A stretch of DNA of 64,000 nucleotides from Lama glama (taxonomy: Eukaryota), in the NCBI GenBank assembly GCA_028534125.1, contig CM052817.1, positions 37,326,001 to 37,390,000 of the forward strand. The letters run 5' to 3'. A program made the translations under genes and the position numbers. How positions within the stretch are numbered: position 1 is the first letter of the stretch; each line of letters begins with the position of its first letter. The notes below the pieces were generated by a model that searched no databases, was not told where the DNA came from, and was given only the letters and a program-made list of their open reading frames with translations. Below, piece after piece: positions 49,575 through 62,405 of this stretch.

Positions 49575-50270
49575 CATGAGCGCCTTCAACCCGCGGCCCT
49601 TGTGCCAGCGCCGCGCTCACCATTTGCCGGGGCCGGGCGGGGACGCTTCCCCAGCGCGACTCCCCGATGTTACGGGACTACCTGCTCCCGAGCCCGGGCG
49701 TCCTCAGCGCAGCCTCCGGCTCCGACCGTATTGGCTCACGCTAATCCTGATGGACATCCGGGCACTGGGGCCTCTGCGGGCGAACTACACTTTGGACGGC
49801 CCCGGGGAGCGTCGCGTCCGAAACCAGAGCGAGTGCGATCCCTCCGGGCGATTCCAGAGAAGGGAAACCAAAGGGGTCCGCGCGCAAAGCCCACCAGCGC
49901 ACAGCTCCCGCCGAGCGGCACTTGAACTCAGGTCCGCGTCAGAAGAGAAAAGAAATCGTCCTCTGGCTGACATAAAGTTGCCCGAGTTCGCCTAAACACC
50001 CCCGTCAAGAAAGTTCTGGTGGTACGGTCCGCCTCCTTAAAAGGGCACGGCGCTCGGCTGGCCTGGGCCGGAGGCTGCGCCGGGCGGGGGCGCCGACGCA
50101 GCCCAGCTGGCTTGATCGCGGCCCGGCCCCGCCTGCAGGCTCCTGGCTAAGGCTCTCTTGCCAGGTTCTAACAATGTACAAACACACACCGCCGGAACAC
50201 ACAGTACCCGGCTGCTCAGAACTCCAGCTCCAATCTGATTATTTGTTGACTATTGGGCCCCGAGAGGCTG
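49575..50270 (-). promoter_or_regulatory. AFF1: CpG island / internal AFF1 promoter and 5' UTR
   Basis: The only strongly CpG-dense block in the window, directly upstream of the MAAQS exon. GC box GGGCGGGG at 49635-49642 and another near 50126; ATTGG (CCAAT on the minus strand) at 49730-49734. The TSS cannot be fixed from sequence. Confidence 0.85.
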
Positions 50271-50983
50271 CAGGGAACAAGGAATAAAACCAACGCAGGA
50301 AACCACGTTCGCTACTTTTGATCATCCCAAAGCTTGCAGTCAGGAAATGTGCAACTAACGCACACTTGTTTGACTTTGTTCGCTTTCAGTTTTGATTTCG
50401 TTACATTGAAGCAAATATTTACAAAACGCCCTCTCCTTTATTGGACAACATGCAGATTACAAAGGAAACAGTAACTCATGTGGTGCTTAAAGTAAATAAG
50501 GAACTGACAAGTCCTTAGAACATTACCAAGGATGCAAACCAACAAAATATTAAACACAGTAAAGTACAAACGAAATCGTATCCTACTAAGGGGACCAGGG
50601 AAGGCATTTAAATTTAAACTGTGCCTAAGGCTAAGCAAGAAAAAACGTAGGTGGACAGGAAGGAGGTTGTGCTTCAGCATCTCAAGGGGACCAGTAGCAC
50701 ACTCTAGGAGCTGAGAACTTTTATTTTTAATATATTTTTTAAACTTTTTTTTATTGAGTTAATAAGTCAGATCTGAGAACTCTTAAATGAATGCTGAGTG
50801 AATGCCTGCCCTGTGGACTCCCCATTCTACCTACAATCATGACAATGTCACCATCTCACAGAGATACTCCAGACCCTATTACTAAGAAGCCACGGGATAC
50901 AGACAAGCTGACGTCTGCAAGAAAACTGCAAAGCTGTGAGGTTGGGGGCTGGAGGGTGGGAGGAAGGCCCAAAGCATCTCTAT

Positions 50984-52405
50984 CAGTGGTTCTCAAAGTG
51001 TGATTGGTGGACTCCTGGGAGTTCCCAAGACCTTCCTAGAGGTCAGAACTATTTTTAGGATAACACAAAGACATTATTTGTCTTTTTCACTGTGCTGACA
51101 TTTGCACTGATGGTGCAAAAGCAATCGTGGGCAAACTGCTGGCGCCTTAGCACTAACCAAGGCAGTGGCAGCAAAAAGAACTAGTGGTCACTGCACTCTT
51201 CACTACCACACATTAGCAGTTAAAAACAAAAGAGCCAATTTCCTTTATGAATGTCCTTAATGAAGCGAGAAGTAGGAATTATTACTTTATTAAATCTTGA
51301 CCCTTGAGTACAGGTCACTTTGATGTTCTCTGTGACAAAATGGGAAGTACACAAGAGGCACTCTACTGTCACAGTGAAGTACAGTGGTTGTCTAGAAGAA
51401 AACACTTGTGTAATTGAGTTGCAAGCTGAACTAGCTATTTTTTCATGGACTACCATTTCTACTTGAAAGAACAATTGACAAACTGTGGTTATGCTGACTT
51501 GGGTATTTGGCAGTCATTTTCTCAAAAATGAACAAAGTGAGTCTGTTTCTTCAAGGAAAACAACTGACCGTATTTATTGCCAATGATAAAATTTGAGGTT
51601 TCAGGCATTTTGGAAAATTTGACATCTGCCACCCTGAGCTTGACAGCTTCCCAATTCTTAACAACTTTCCTGATGAGGTAAGTACGGTAATGAATATGAT
51701 TTTAGAAGATCTGCATAACTTAGTAACCAATATTTTCAAAACAGTACAAAATCATGCATGGGTAAAAAGATCCATCCAAAGTGCAAGACAGACCAAAGGA
51801 TTTTAATATGTCAAATTAAAAAAAAACAAAACCTGAAGATATGATTTCAGATTCCACATTGCAACTAACCTTTAAGAAACTATGACTTGTGGAGTTTTGA
51901 TACAATATCCCAAAAAGATATTAAAATACTCTCCTCTTTTTTGTATGAGTCTGGATTTTCATCACAGATTTCAGCCAAAATAACATTGCAACAGATTGAA
52001 TACAGAAGCAGATATGAGAATCCAGCTGTCTTTTATTAAGCTAGACAGTAAAGAGATTTGCATAAATGTAAAACTATCACTCCTCTAATTTTTTTTTTTT
52101 TTGGTGGGGGAGGTAGTTAGGCTTATTTATTTATTTAATGGAGGCACTGGGGATTGAACCTAGGACCTCATGCATGCTAGACATACACTCTACCACTGAG
52201 CTATACCCTCTCCTCTTCCTCTAATTTTTTTTTTTTGGAAAGTTTTTTTTTAAGTAAAAATATAATTTATGTTAACAGGGAATGGGTTTCTTATTTTAAA
52301 GAATTCAATATTTTAAATATCTCAATTTTAATTTCTAATACAGCAAGTATCAATAGATAAAATCAACATATACAAAAACTCTTTTGGGGTCCTCAATAAT
52401 TTGGA
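50984..52405. mobile_element. hAT-Charlie1a-like DNA transposon relic (~1.3 kb), interrupted by a SINE
   Basis: Starts cagtggttctcaaagtgtg; contains gacatttgcactgatggtgcaaaagcaat, gagttgcaagctgaactagc, cagattccacattgcaactaacctttaagaaacta; ends near ctcttttggggtcctcaataat. Confidence 0.85.
52095..52216 (-). mobile_element. tRNA-derived SINE (Vic-1-like) with TSD
   Basis: ggaggcactggggattgaacctaggacctcatgcatgcta...ctctaccactgagctataccctc; TSD tcctctaatttttt at 52081-52094 and 52217-52230. Confidence 0.92.
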
Positions 52406-54317
52406 AATGCAGAATCAGTCCATGTCACTTGCTGATATTTCCACATCTCCCTGACCTCTTCACATTCATCATGGCTTCCCTTATGTTAAAATGTAGTATT
52501 ATATCAGCTATTCCTGTATAACCTATAAGCTCCTAGATCAGCTTTGGCAAAATGTCAGATCATCTTTGGCACGTATTAAAAACAGAAAAACTACTGAATC
52601 AAAATCCTTGTGGGGTGAGGTCTCAGGGAGACACACTTTAACAAACTCTCCATTTAATACCTGTCTGCTTAAATGTGAGAACCACTTTCCTAGAGTATGC
52701 GTATTTAGAAAATAATGTTGAACTTTTGATTCAGTATTGGTTTATAATCCTTCAATCATTTTAAGGATCATGGTTGGAAAGCATTTATTTTTAAACATTA
52801 AGAGATCTCTATCAGACAATAAAATACCACTGCACGTATATATTCTTTTGCAATAAGAGAGTAATAAATCTTGAACGAAACAAACTATAAATTTAGACAA
52901 AATCTACTCACCCCAAATTTTTGCTTGCCATTTCCCCCATCTTTCTCTTGTTCTAAATACCAAGTATGATCATTTATGCTTTAAATTGATATCAGACATA
53001 TAAGTAAGCTGAAACAATATTGCACAATAGCATTTATCATAAATTTTCCAGGTTAGAAATGTAACATCACTTACATTAAAAATATAGTTTTCCCTCTGTG
53101 AACTGTGTTAATGGTTCTGACACCAAAGATAGGAAAGAATACAGCAAATATTTACACAAAAGGAAATAAGAAATCAACTGCAGATCAAGATTACACCTGA
53201 GATTCCCCAGGCTCTTAAGATCATTTGTAATGTAAATTAGTGAGGGTAATTTGAAACAGAAGTGGGATTATACTCGATTTGTCACAGATCTAAAAATACT
53301 AGAGGAAAGTGCTGGAGAAATTACTCTGGAACTGGATACCGCATGTGGCTGCAGAGAGAGGTACAGCAGGACACACGTGGGCGTTATTATCTCCGAGTGT
53401 TTTGAAAACACCATTGTATCCGACCCAGTCTTGTTCAGCAAAGAAACTGAACAAAAAGACACTCTTAACCTTTTGGGGGCACCTAATTTTTTGGCTTTCT
53501 GATGAAATTTGAGGATGAAGGCCCATGCACATAACATTTGCTCTACTTGGATGTGATTCGTGATTCCCCTGCAGCCCACCTAGGAAGAACCTGAGGCTCT
53601 GTAGGCTTCAAATGGTAAATCTTGGGACCCTAGGGTACGCTCAGACTGGACCAGCTAATGGACTCAACTTACCTTCCAAATAAGGGGTTGATCTTCACTG
53701 CCCCTTTAAAAAGTTGGGACTGTCTTAGTAATTGCCCAGTTCAGTGAAGAATTTCTAACAAAAGCAATGGAAGAGGCATACCTGTCTCGCTGCTAGAAGG
53801 AACTCTGCCTAGTAAGGCCAATCTGAAATAAGATCTTCAAAAAATGGAAAGAATGGAAAGATACTACATGACAGCAAAACATCATCTACACATCCAAATC
53901 CCAAGTTTCTCAGAACAGTGATAATACGCTAATCAGGTCTCCATTTCCTGAATGCACTAATCCTTCCGTGACCAAGTATGCTAACATCAAAAAAGTAAGG
54001 TATACAATTTAATAAATGGGGCAGAATTTATAAGGTGAGTGCGACAGACTAGTTTACTACCTGAAACAGGTTCTTGAATCACAAGAGTGCCTTTTTATTA
54101 GCTCTTTAAATTAATGAGCTTTACAAATGACACTTGCACACATGCAGTGGCAATAATACATGGCCTATGCAACAACACACCTTAAGTACAATTACAAATG
54201 TGCACTAGAATTGTTATCCAAGAGTGAAAACAGGATAGTCTTTCAAGTGCTCCATCATTTATTTGGCAAAATATAGACAGACATGTGTTAAAAATATGTT
54301 TATATTTTTAAAATTTT

Positions 54318-54447
54318 GGGGGGTGGGGGGAGGTAATTATAGGTTTATTTAGTATTTATTTATTCTTAGAGGAGGTACTGGGGATTGAACCCATGTCCTC
54401 ATGCATACTAAGCATATACTCTACCCCTTGAGCTATACCCTCCTTCC
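54318..54447 (-). mobile_element. tRNA-derived SINE (Vic-1-like)
   Basis: ggaggtactggggattgaaccc..tcctcatgcatactaagcatatactctacc..tgagctataccctcc; flanked by aaatttt. Confidence 0.9.
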
Positions 54448-55629
54448 AAATTTTTTTTTAAGTGATAGGTGGCAAACTAACATAACTTAGTTTAAATTTA
54501 AAAGAAACATTTTTTTTCCAACAGGTTGTCTTAATCATAACTCTTAAATACCTCATTCAATGTATGCATTTGGTCTACAGTAGTCACAATGATTCTACTC
54601 TTTAGTGGCATTTTTGGTCTAAAAATTACACAGGTCACATCTGAGAATTTTACTTCATTTCAATGGGATGTTGTTTGATGAGGACAGTGCAAAAATGACT
54701 TCACCTAAAGAAAGGTGCTCAAGGTGCCACTGGATGAACTCAAAAAATCAGACACAGGAAAAGGGAGGCGAGATGGGAGGAGAAAGAGAAATAAGATGAG
54801 GGAGGGCAGAGACAGCAGGGAAAACTGGGCAATAAGCATGGCTGGAAATTAACTGACTCCCCCTTCAGCTGTGACCTCAACACAGAACAGATGCTCCTTC
54901 ACTGGTCCTGAGCAGGTCCTGTCTGTCCCCGGGCACTCTTCGAGCTTTACTCCACACTTTTCAGGTCCTCTAACATGGCCTTCAAACTAGGGGAACATGG
55001 AAGTTCTCAAGAGGTAAGAGGGCATAGGTTTGAAGTAAATTATTTCCAGGTCCTTCTTTCCCAAAACAAGCGCTCAGGCTTTCCTCCCACTTCCCGCTTG
55101 CCTTTCCCCACTTGAGTAAGACAAGCAGGCCTCTCACGCACCCCAAATCAGTCTTAGAAGCATACACTGCTCCCGGGTGCAAATGCCTCTGAGGCCCCAG
55201 AGGAACAGTTCTATGTGGAGGACAATCCCTGAGCTCAAATCAAGAAACACTGCTCATTAGAGACATCCAGGTAACCAACCTGCAGCAAGGCCCATGCCCC
55301 ACTGATCCAGCTACAGGTTAGAATCAAGAAATGCGGTGGAAGGTTTTCTCTGATGAGATTCAGCTGATGGGTTGAGAATGACGACTTGCAGTTTTTCAAC
55401 ATGCTTTTGGGGTGGGGACACAAGCAAAAATGTTTAAAGACTTCTGCCCAATTTCACCTCTTCCTTCACAGCATGTCTTTATTTCTGCTCTACACCTTTC
55501 CACATCTTCCTCTATTTGTGCACAGACAGAACATCCCTCCTCCCCTCCCCATCCATACCAGTGACTTATTCTCAGCCTACAAACAAGCTCAAGTTTACCC
55601 AATCCTGCTCCCCCGTCCCAACAGACACT

Positions 55630-56345
55630 TTTTTAAAACAGTCTTTTTATCTTGGAATAATTTTAGATTTACAGAAAAGTTACAAAGAATTCTCATATAC
55701 CACCCCAGCCAGTTTCCCCATTTTCACATCCTATAGTCCCATTTGCCATTTGTCAAAACTGGGATATTCACATTGGTATATTACTATAAGCTAAACTCCA
55801 GACTTTATTTTGATTTCACCAGTTTTTCCATTAATGTCCTCTTTCTGTTCCAAGATCCAATGCAGGGTATCACACATTGCACTGTGTGACAGCTTCTCAG
55901 TCTTTCCTGGTTTTTTATGACCTGGATAGTTTCGAAGAGTTCAGGCCAGGTGTCCTATAAAATGTCCCCCATCTGGGTTTGTCTGATGTTTTTCCCTTCA
56001 GTGGAGGGAGGGAACTGTGTTCCACCTCCTGTAGGGTGGTAGTATCCACACACTGTATTTCTGTAAGAAAGATTTGCTTCTCCATTTATTATTCAGTCAT
56101 TTATTTATACCAGTATGGCATATGCTTACATATGTATTTTACTCTTTGGGCTATAATTCAATACTACATGTTTTCTTTCGTTGTTCAGATTATTCCAGCC
56201 GTGGCCCCTGGGCGCTCTCTCCCGTCAGCGCCTTGTCCCTTTGACTTGCTGTGGTCCTTCTGTCTTTTGAGCACTTCCTTACTTTCTGGTACAAGATGCT
56301 CCAGGCTCATCTGTTTTCTCTACCACGGTTCTTGAAGCAGCTGTT
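55630..56345 (-). mobile_element. Old LINE-1 (L1MC-like) 3' UTR, sense to AFF1
   Basis: ggaataattttagatttacagaaaagttacaa...ccagtttcccc...gatttcaccagtttttccattaatgtcc...ttgttcagattattccagc. Confidence 0.8.
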
Positions 56346-58314
56346 TCTCCCACATATCACTCTTCTCTCCTTAGAAGCTACTGCCCAAACTCCTTCTGCC
56401 ATCACAGCCAAAATTCCTAAATGAAGAGTGTCTGCCTCCTTTGCAACACCAGTGCCCACCTTCCTTGAAGCTCTTCTCTGTGGACTTCTATGACACTGAT
56501 CTATTGGGGGGGGGGTCATTTTGTTTCGGAATTCTTTCTGCTCACACATACAGGATTCACTATAAAATGCTGGAAAACTTCCCTTATCTCTCAGTCTATA
56601 TGCTGTCTCAGGCAACATCAGTAACCCTCTAGAAGTGTAACTCCAGCCCAAACCTCTCCCCACAACTCCAAGTCCCTTCTTTCCAGCTGCCCAAAAACAC
56701 ATTCCTGGATGTGAAAAGGTACTTGGGCGGTTGTCCAAAATGGCTCATTTACTTAGTGAAAAGTATGTCACCCTGGAGATGCCAAGAGCCACCCATCTTA
56801 TTCACTCTCAATTGCTGCTTGGGTCTGCAAAGGGTGGTTGGTTTCTCCATAGACGGAGGGGACAATGTCCAAAGGAGGAATGGGGGAGGGGGAGGTAAGC
56901 TGGTTCCATTCTTGGGAATAAAAGCAGAAGACAAAATTCAAAGAGGGCTTCCAATTAGCAGATCAGGAGAGGTGTGGGTAACACAAAACTAAAAAATTCC
57001 ACTATCTTTATCATGTGTTCAACTGTAATGATCAATGATAAACCTCTTAAAATAAGATCTGCCTCCTTAAGTTTTTTACTAGTAAAAACCAGGGAGTGTG
57101 CACAATAATGAGTGTGCAGGGTAGTGATGCCTTTAAAATGGAAAGGCAAACAGGTTAGGGAAAGAGACAAGAAAATCAGCCTGAGAAATGGCCCCAGGCC
57201 AGGCAGTAACCCCCAGCAACTCAAACTCAAGGGGCCAGAATAATGTGGCTCCAACCAACTCCTCTCCCCGAGTCCCGGGCACCAATCATGCAAACTAAAG
57301 ACCAGTCACTCCTTTTCCTGGCTCTTCCTGCACATGTAATCATCACTCGAATCCCTAAGGTCTCTTGAGACAGTAAAAGTGCAGGAGTGTGGGAGTTGGA
57401 GATCTTACTTGAAATACTTCTCTGTTTTTCTGAATTTATACAAATAGTCTCAAATTGCTTTTTCTCTCCCCAGGTTGAATATGCTTTCACCCTCTTGTTA
57501 CCTAAAAATATTTTATGATATGAAAAGATACTACAGCATAAGGTTTTTAAAAAAAAAAAAAAAAGCAATTGCTATACAGTGCATTTGTTATGAACCCACT
57601 TCATCAAAATTGAATTAATTGTGTGTATTAAAGAAATTGACTGGACCTGTGTACCAAAATGCTAGCCATAGATATTCTTGGAAGGAAGGATCAAGTGACT
57701 TATTCTGGGTATTTAAAAATGTTCTAAGTATTATAAAATGAACTCCTGTCTGAAATTTACAATTTTTACAATTGTGATAATTTACAATTACCGTAGAAAA
57801 TAAACTATAACCAAATCTTAGCTCTAGAAAGGAGACCAAGATCATCTAACCCACTTCTCCATGCAAGAATGCTCTCTCTGCCTAGACTGGCCCGTTTGTG
57901 TATCTCCAGGGACACCTATTGTAATTACAAGCCAGCCCCTTCCACCACTGGCCAGTGACAGAGCTCAAAAGTTCTGTGCTCCATAGAGTTCAAACTGGCT
58001 TCCCTGCAGCCGTCATCCCTTGGTTCTACTTCTGCCCTCTTGTTGCTAATACAGCCGTCCCCCTTTCCTATGCTGTTTGGTGGTGCACCCTGTTCTATCC
58101 TTTCCCCTTATACCTATGCATGTTTTTATTTTTAAACACATCTATTGGAAGTAGATTATTGTGTTGGGTAAAACCCAGCCTACTGGACCGCTGCCTGGTA
58201 GGTTTGATCATTTATTTTAATTATTGATATGGTCTGGGTTTAAGTTCCATCAAGTTGTTGTATGTTTTCCTTTTGTGTCTTTGGGTTCCTCAGTGGCTCC
58301 ATTCCTGCATTCTT

Positions 58315-58443
58315 TTGCAGACTTTCAGGCCCCACCCAAACCTACAAAAGCAGAAACTTTCCGGGTGTGGTCCAACAATTAAGAGTTTCAACAAGCCTTC
58401 CAGGTGATTCTGTTTTACAGTAAAGTTTAGAAACCACCGCTCT
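58315..58443. mobile_element. MER5A-like hAT relic
   Basis: caggccccacccaaaccta...tttcaacaagccttccaggtgattctg...aaagtttagaaaccacc. Confidence 0.7.
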
Positions 58444-58649
58444 AGGGCTAACAGTATGCAACCTTAACTTACCAAATTGTATGTAAAGTCAAAATTGTAC
58501 CAATTCACTGACATTCCCAACATCTCATTCCTCTTGGAAATTAAAAATGATCATAAGGTCTTCCATTTTTTCTAGAACCCCTCCCATTCTCTGAATTCAA
58601 GTTCTTCTTCATACATCACTACACTTTTTCAATAGGTTAGTAAGAATTA

Positions 58650-59125
58650 TTTCCCTTGCCAACTCTCCCCCAACTCAGCCTTCAACCCCACTGCCAGAAC
58701 ATAGAATATACTGTTCCTAAAATACACATCAGATGTTACTCTGAAAAGAAAAGGAAAGAAAAGAGAAAAGAAAAGAAAGAGGGAGGAAAGGAAGAAAAAG
58801 AAAAAAAAATTGTGTATTCCCTGCCTCCAGGCTGAAGACTAAACCTCTTTCAGGGGCATTCAATACTCTCCCCAATTCGGCCCAACCTCAGGACTTCTCT
58901 CACCTACCAACCTCCTTCCATCCCCTCCCCACCCCATCACCACAGACGCCCTTCCGCCAGACTCTTATGCCACCAGGCTTTGCACAGAGGATTTTCTCCT
59001 TTTTGGAATGCCCCTTCCCCTCCTCTCCAGCTGGAGACTCCCTACCATTATTCAAATTCCAACCTCGAAGAAGCCTTCTCTGATATCTTAACCTTCACAC
59101 TCCTTACCTACCACAAACTCTTAGC
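58650..59125 (+). mobile_element. LINE-2 relic containing a (GAAAA)-rich simple repeat at ~58744-58808
   Basis: cactgccaga...cctaaaatacacatcagat...ggctttgcaca...tggaatgccccttccc...gaagccttctctga. Confidence 0.6.
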
Positions 59126-59769
59126 TCTCCCGTCTGTCAAGTCAAGAGGCTAGATGGGATTAAGGGGATTGTTTGCTCGTCTGAAGGGACAAGCAGCCAA
59201 AAGATACTGCAGCTAACAGATGACCTCTGCAACACAGAACTGTGAAGAACTCTGCTGGCGGGGCGGCTGGCAAGATTTCCTCCTACCCGTGAGTGAGAGA
59301 TCAGCCCCCAAAGCAACACCATAATGGGAAGGACTCTCATTATGCAACCATCGGATTCTGACCTGGGTTCACAAAATGCAAGTGGAGACCAGTCAACTGT
59401 TTTCAACATTTCAAAAAGTCCACAGGAAATCACGTAGTCGCCCACGGGAAGTGTGTGAAGGACTCTGCTTTGGGCCTTTCTAGAGCTGATGCCAACTCAG
59501 TGTGGTAATAACAGTTAGCTCATGCTGACCAGGAAGTCTCACAACTGCATGTGGTCTGATTAATTTAAATAGGAAAACAAACAAAATTATTTAAATGTAA
59601 GTTTGTCTGGTAGAGGGACTCTTTCAAAACATGAAATCCAAAGGAAAAGGGAAAAATAGAAGAAAGTAAGAATTAAACACACAGACAGAAGACACCGCTT
59701 TGAAGACAGGTACTCCCCCCTTGGATGTGAACTAATGAAAACAACGCAGATTCCTTCAGACTGAGCTGA

Positions 59770-60090
59770 GGTTCACAACCTCGGCTACACGGGAGTATCC
59801 CCTAACCTGGGAGATTTATAAATTCCTGATACTCAGGCCACACCTCAGGCCAGTTAATCTCTGCAGGTGGGACCCATGCATCAGTGTTTTTTAAATGTCC
59901 TCAGGGGACTTAATGTGCAGCTAAATTAGAGAACCTCTGCTTTCAAGCTGGCCCCTCCCAGTCAGCTGACGGCATGCCTGGTAGAAATGCAGAATCTTAG
60001 GTTCCACTCCAGATCTACCAAATCAGAATTCGTATTTTAACAAAATTCTTAGGTGATTCATATGTCCATTAAAGTTTGAGAAACACTGCC
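59770..60090. mobile_element. Two adjacent MER5-family hAT relics
   Basis: gaggttcacaacctcggctacac...gcaggtgggaccca.gcatcagtgtttttt...gagaacc; then tagaaatgcagaatcttagg...aaatcagaat...aggtgattcatatg..cattaaagtttgagaaacactg. Confidence 0.75.
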
Positions 60091-60119
60091 TTGGAAAATA
60101 CAGAACATTTAAGAATTGC

Positions 60120-60650
60120 TTAACCCAGCATTATTTATAACAGCCAAGATATGGAAGCAGCGTAAGTGTCCATCAACAGATGAATGGATTAATAAGATGT
60201 GGAATATATACACAATAGAATACCACTCAGCCATAAAAAGAAAGAAAGAAAGAAAGAAATGTTGCCATTTGCAACATGGATGGACTTGGAGGCCATTATG
60301 CTAAGTGAAGTAAGTCAGACAAAGACATATGTTGTATAATAACACTTATATGTAGAATCTAAAAAATACAACAAAGCAGTGAATATAACAGGAAAAAAAG
60401 ACACAGACAACAGTTACCAGTGGGGAGAAGGAAGGGGGGAGGGGCAATATAGGAGTAGGGGATTAAGATGTACAAACTATTATGTATAAAATAAGCCACA
60501 AAGATACATTATACAACACAAGGAATATAGCCAATATTTTATAGCTATAAACTCAAAGATTATTTGAGTATAACCTTTAAAAACTGTGAATCATTTTACT
60601 GTACACCTGTAACTTATATAATTGTACATCAACTATTCTTCAAAAAATAT
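60120..60650 (+). mobile_element. 5'-truncated LINE-1 3' end
   Basis: ORF2 C-terminal remnant (ALFITAKIWKQ.KCPSTDEWINKMW.IYT.EY.SAIK) followed by a 3' UTR ending tgtacatcaactattcttc plus A. Confidence 0.9.
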
Positions 60651-61515
60651 TAAATTAGTATTCATTTAAACTATTATTTTATTAGAGTATTTAAGATATT
60701 ATTAAATTATAAAATATTCCCTAAAATAATTGTTATAATTAATTAGACTTACAAATAAAATAGTAAAATATACGTAAAACTCAACAACAAAAAGAGCAGC
60801 TTAACCTCTCAAAAACAAGTAACCAGTATTCCCTGATATTCAGTCTAAAACACTGATCTGTAAACAATGCCTTGGGACAGTCCTCTCTGTTGTTGGAGGT
60901 TTTTCCATCCCTTCGAACTGCCCTCAAATTTTCCTGATTACACATAAGAAAAGGGAAAGATTTAAGAATTGGAAGAAAGGGAGTATTTCCCAGTCTTTCT
61001 TTGCAGGGCTGTTTTTTCCTTTTGTTGGGGGGAAAAAAACCACATACATAGACAAGCCACAATGATCAGTAAATTGCAATGTGTAAGTTACACAAGATCT
61101 GATCTCCACATACATAAAAGAAGTTAACTACTGACAGTTTTTTGTGATACCCGGGCCTGTCCTAACTGTGCGGTTTTTATTCCTAGCAAATGTTTAAATC
61201 CAAACAATTCAAAATCTAAATTGGGGTCTCAGTTTTACTTTCCACTGCAGGACTGAGGATTTCTTCCAAAATGTCAGAGGAGTTTTATTTGAGATTTATT
61301 TGTCATGAGCTCTGTCTCCTTCAAGGTCACATGCAAAACAGGAAAATTCAAATGAAATGAAATCAACATTTATTAAGCACATATAATGTCCAAAGCCCTG
61401 TGCAACCTTTTAGAAGAGTTTGTGGGGTTTTTTTTTAATCCTTGTCTTCTGAGCACTTACTGTAACTAAGAGACAGGGCTACTCCATTTTCTAAGTCTTA
61501 AATATCTTGAAAATA

Positions 61516-61731
61516 CAGCTGACCCTTGAATAATGCGAGGTTTAGGGGCACCAACCCTCTGCGGAGAAATAACTGCATACCATTTATGGTCCGCCCTCCA
61601 TACCCAGGGCTCCTCCGTGTCTGGGGTTCTGCGTCCACAAATTCAACCCATGTGGGATTGTGCAGTGCTGCAGGACATTTATTGAAAATAATCCTGAGTA
61701 GTCCCAACCTGTGTTGTTCAAAGGTCAACTG
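61516..61731. mobile_element. TcMar-Tigger MITE (MER8/Tigger2-like)
   Basis: TIRs cagctgacccttgaataa / ttgttcaaaggtcaactg, with TA on the left flank. Confidence 0.8.
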
Positions 61732-62169
61732 TGTAACAAATCAAAAGAACCAAAAGTTGATTAATAACCAATTAAACCTTTTCCCGATCAAGGATCTATA
61801 GGTGATTGAGCTAATTAAATAATTAGTTTTAAGCATTATGTTGAAGAACTCATTTAAGAAAATGACAGCAGTTTTAGTTTACAGCACTGCCTATGTTCTC
61901 AGGAAGGAGAGGCCAAGGTAAGAATTCTCAGCTGGGAAGTTGTGAGTGTTTGAACACCTCAAAGCCAAAGCCACTGCTGGCCTCAGGCCTCAATGCTCAA
62001 TAAAATAACGGGCCCTACACTTCCACTTGGAAATTCACTGAAAGATGACTTTCCCTCCAATACGAGTATACTACCTCAGTACACATGTTGGAGACACTCA
62101 GGAACAGTTTTAAATACCACAGCCTGAGCACAATGGCAAGCAGAGTGATCGGAATGATTCTGTTAGTGA

Positions 62170-62405
62170 TACGAATTGCCAGTGCTTGCTGATGGCCTGG
62201 CCCTGTCCTGAGTGCTTTGCTGGTATTAAGTTAATTCTCAACACAAGCTGTTAAGCCGAGTACAGTATTACCATCCTGCTTTACAGATAAGAAAAGTGAG
62301 GCCCAGGAAGCTGGTAATTTTCTCCAAGTCAGGGGTTTGTAAGTGGTGGGACAGAGCTATGACCCTAGGTCTCTGGCTCCAGGTCCCTGACTCCTAGTCA
62401 CTACG
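62170..62405 (-). mobile_element. MIR relic
   Basis: ttaattctcaacacaagc...ttttacagataagaaaagtgaggccca...ccaagtca...aagtggtgggacag..tgaccctaggtctctggctcca. Confidence 0.75.

Noticed and set aside
49576..50202. ORFs of 61-139 aa in the CpG island
   Set aside because: Expected from stop-codon depletion in GC-rich DNA. Pro/Arg/Gly-rich with no recognisable domain.
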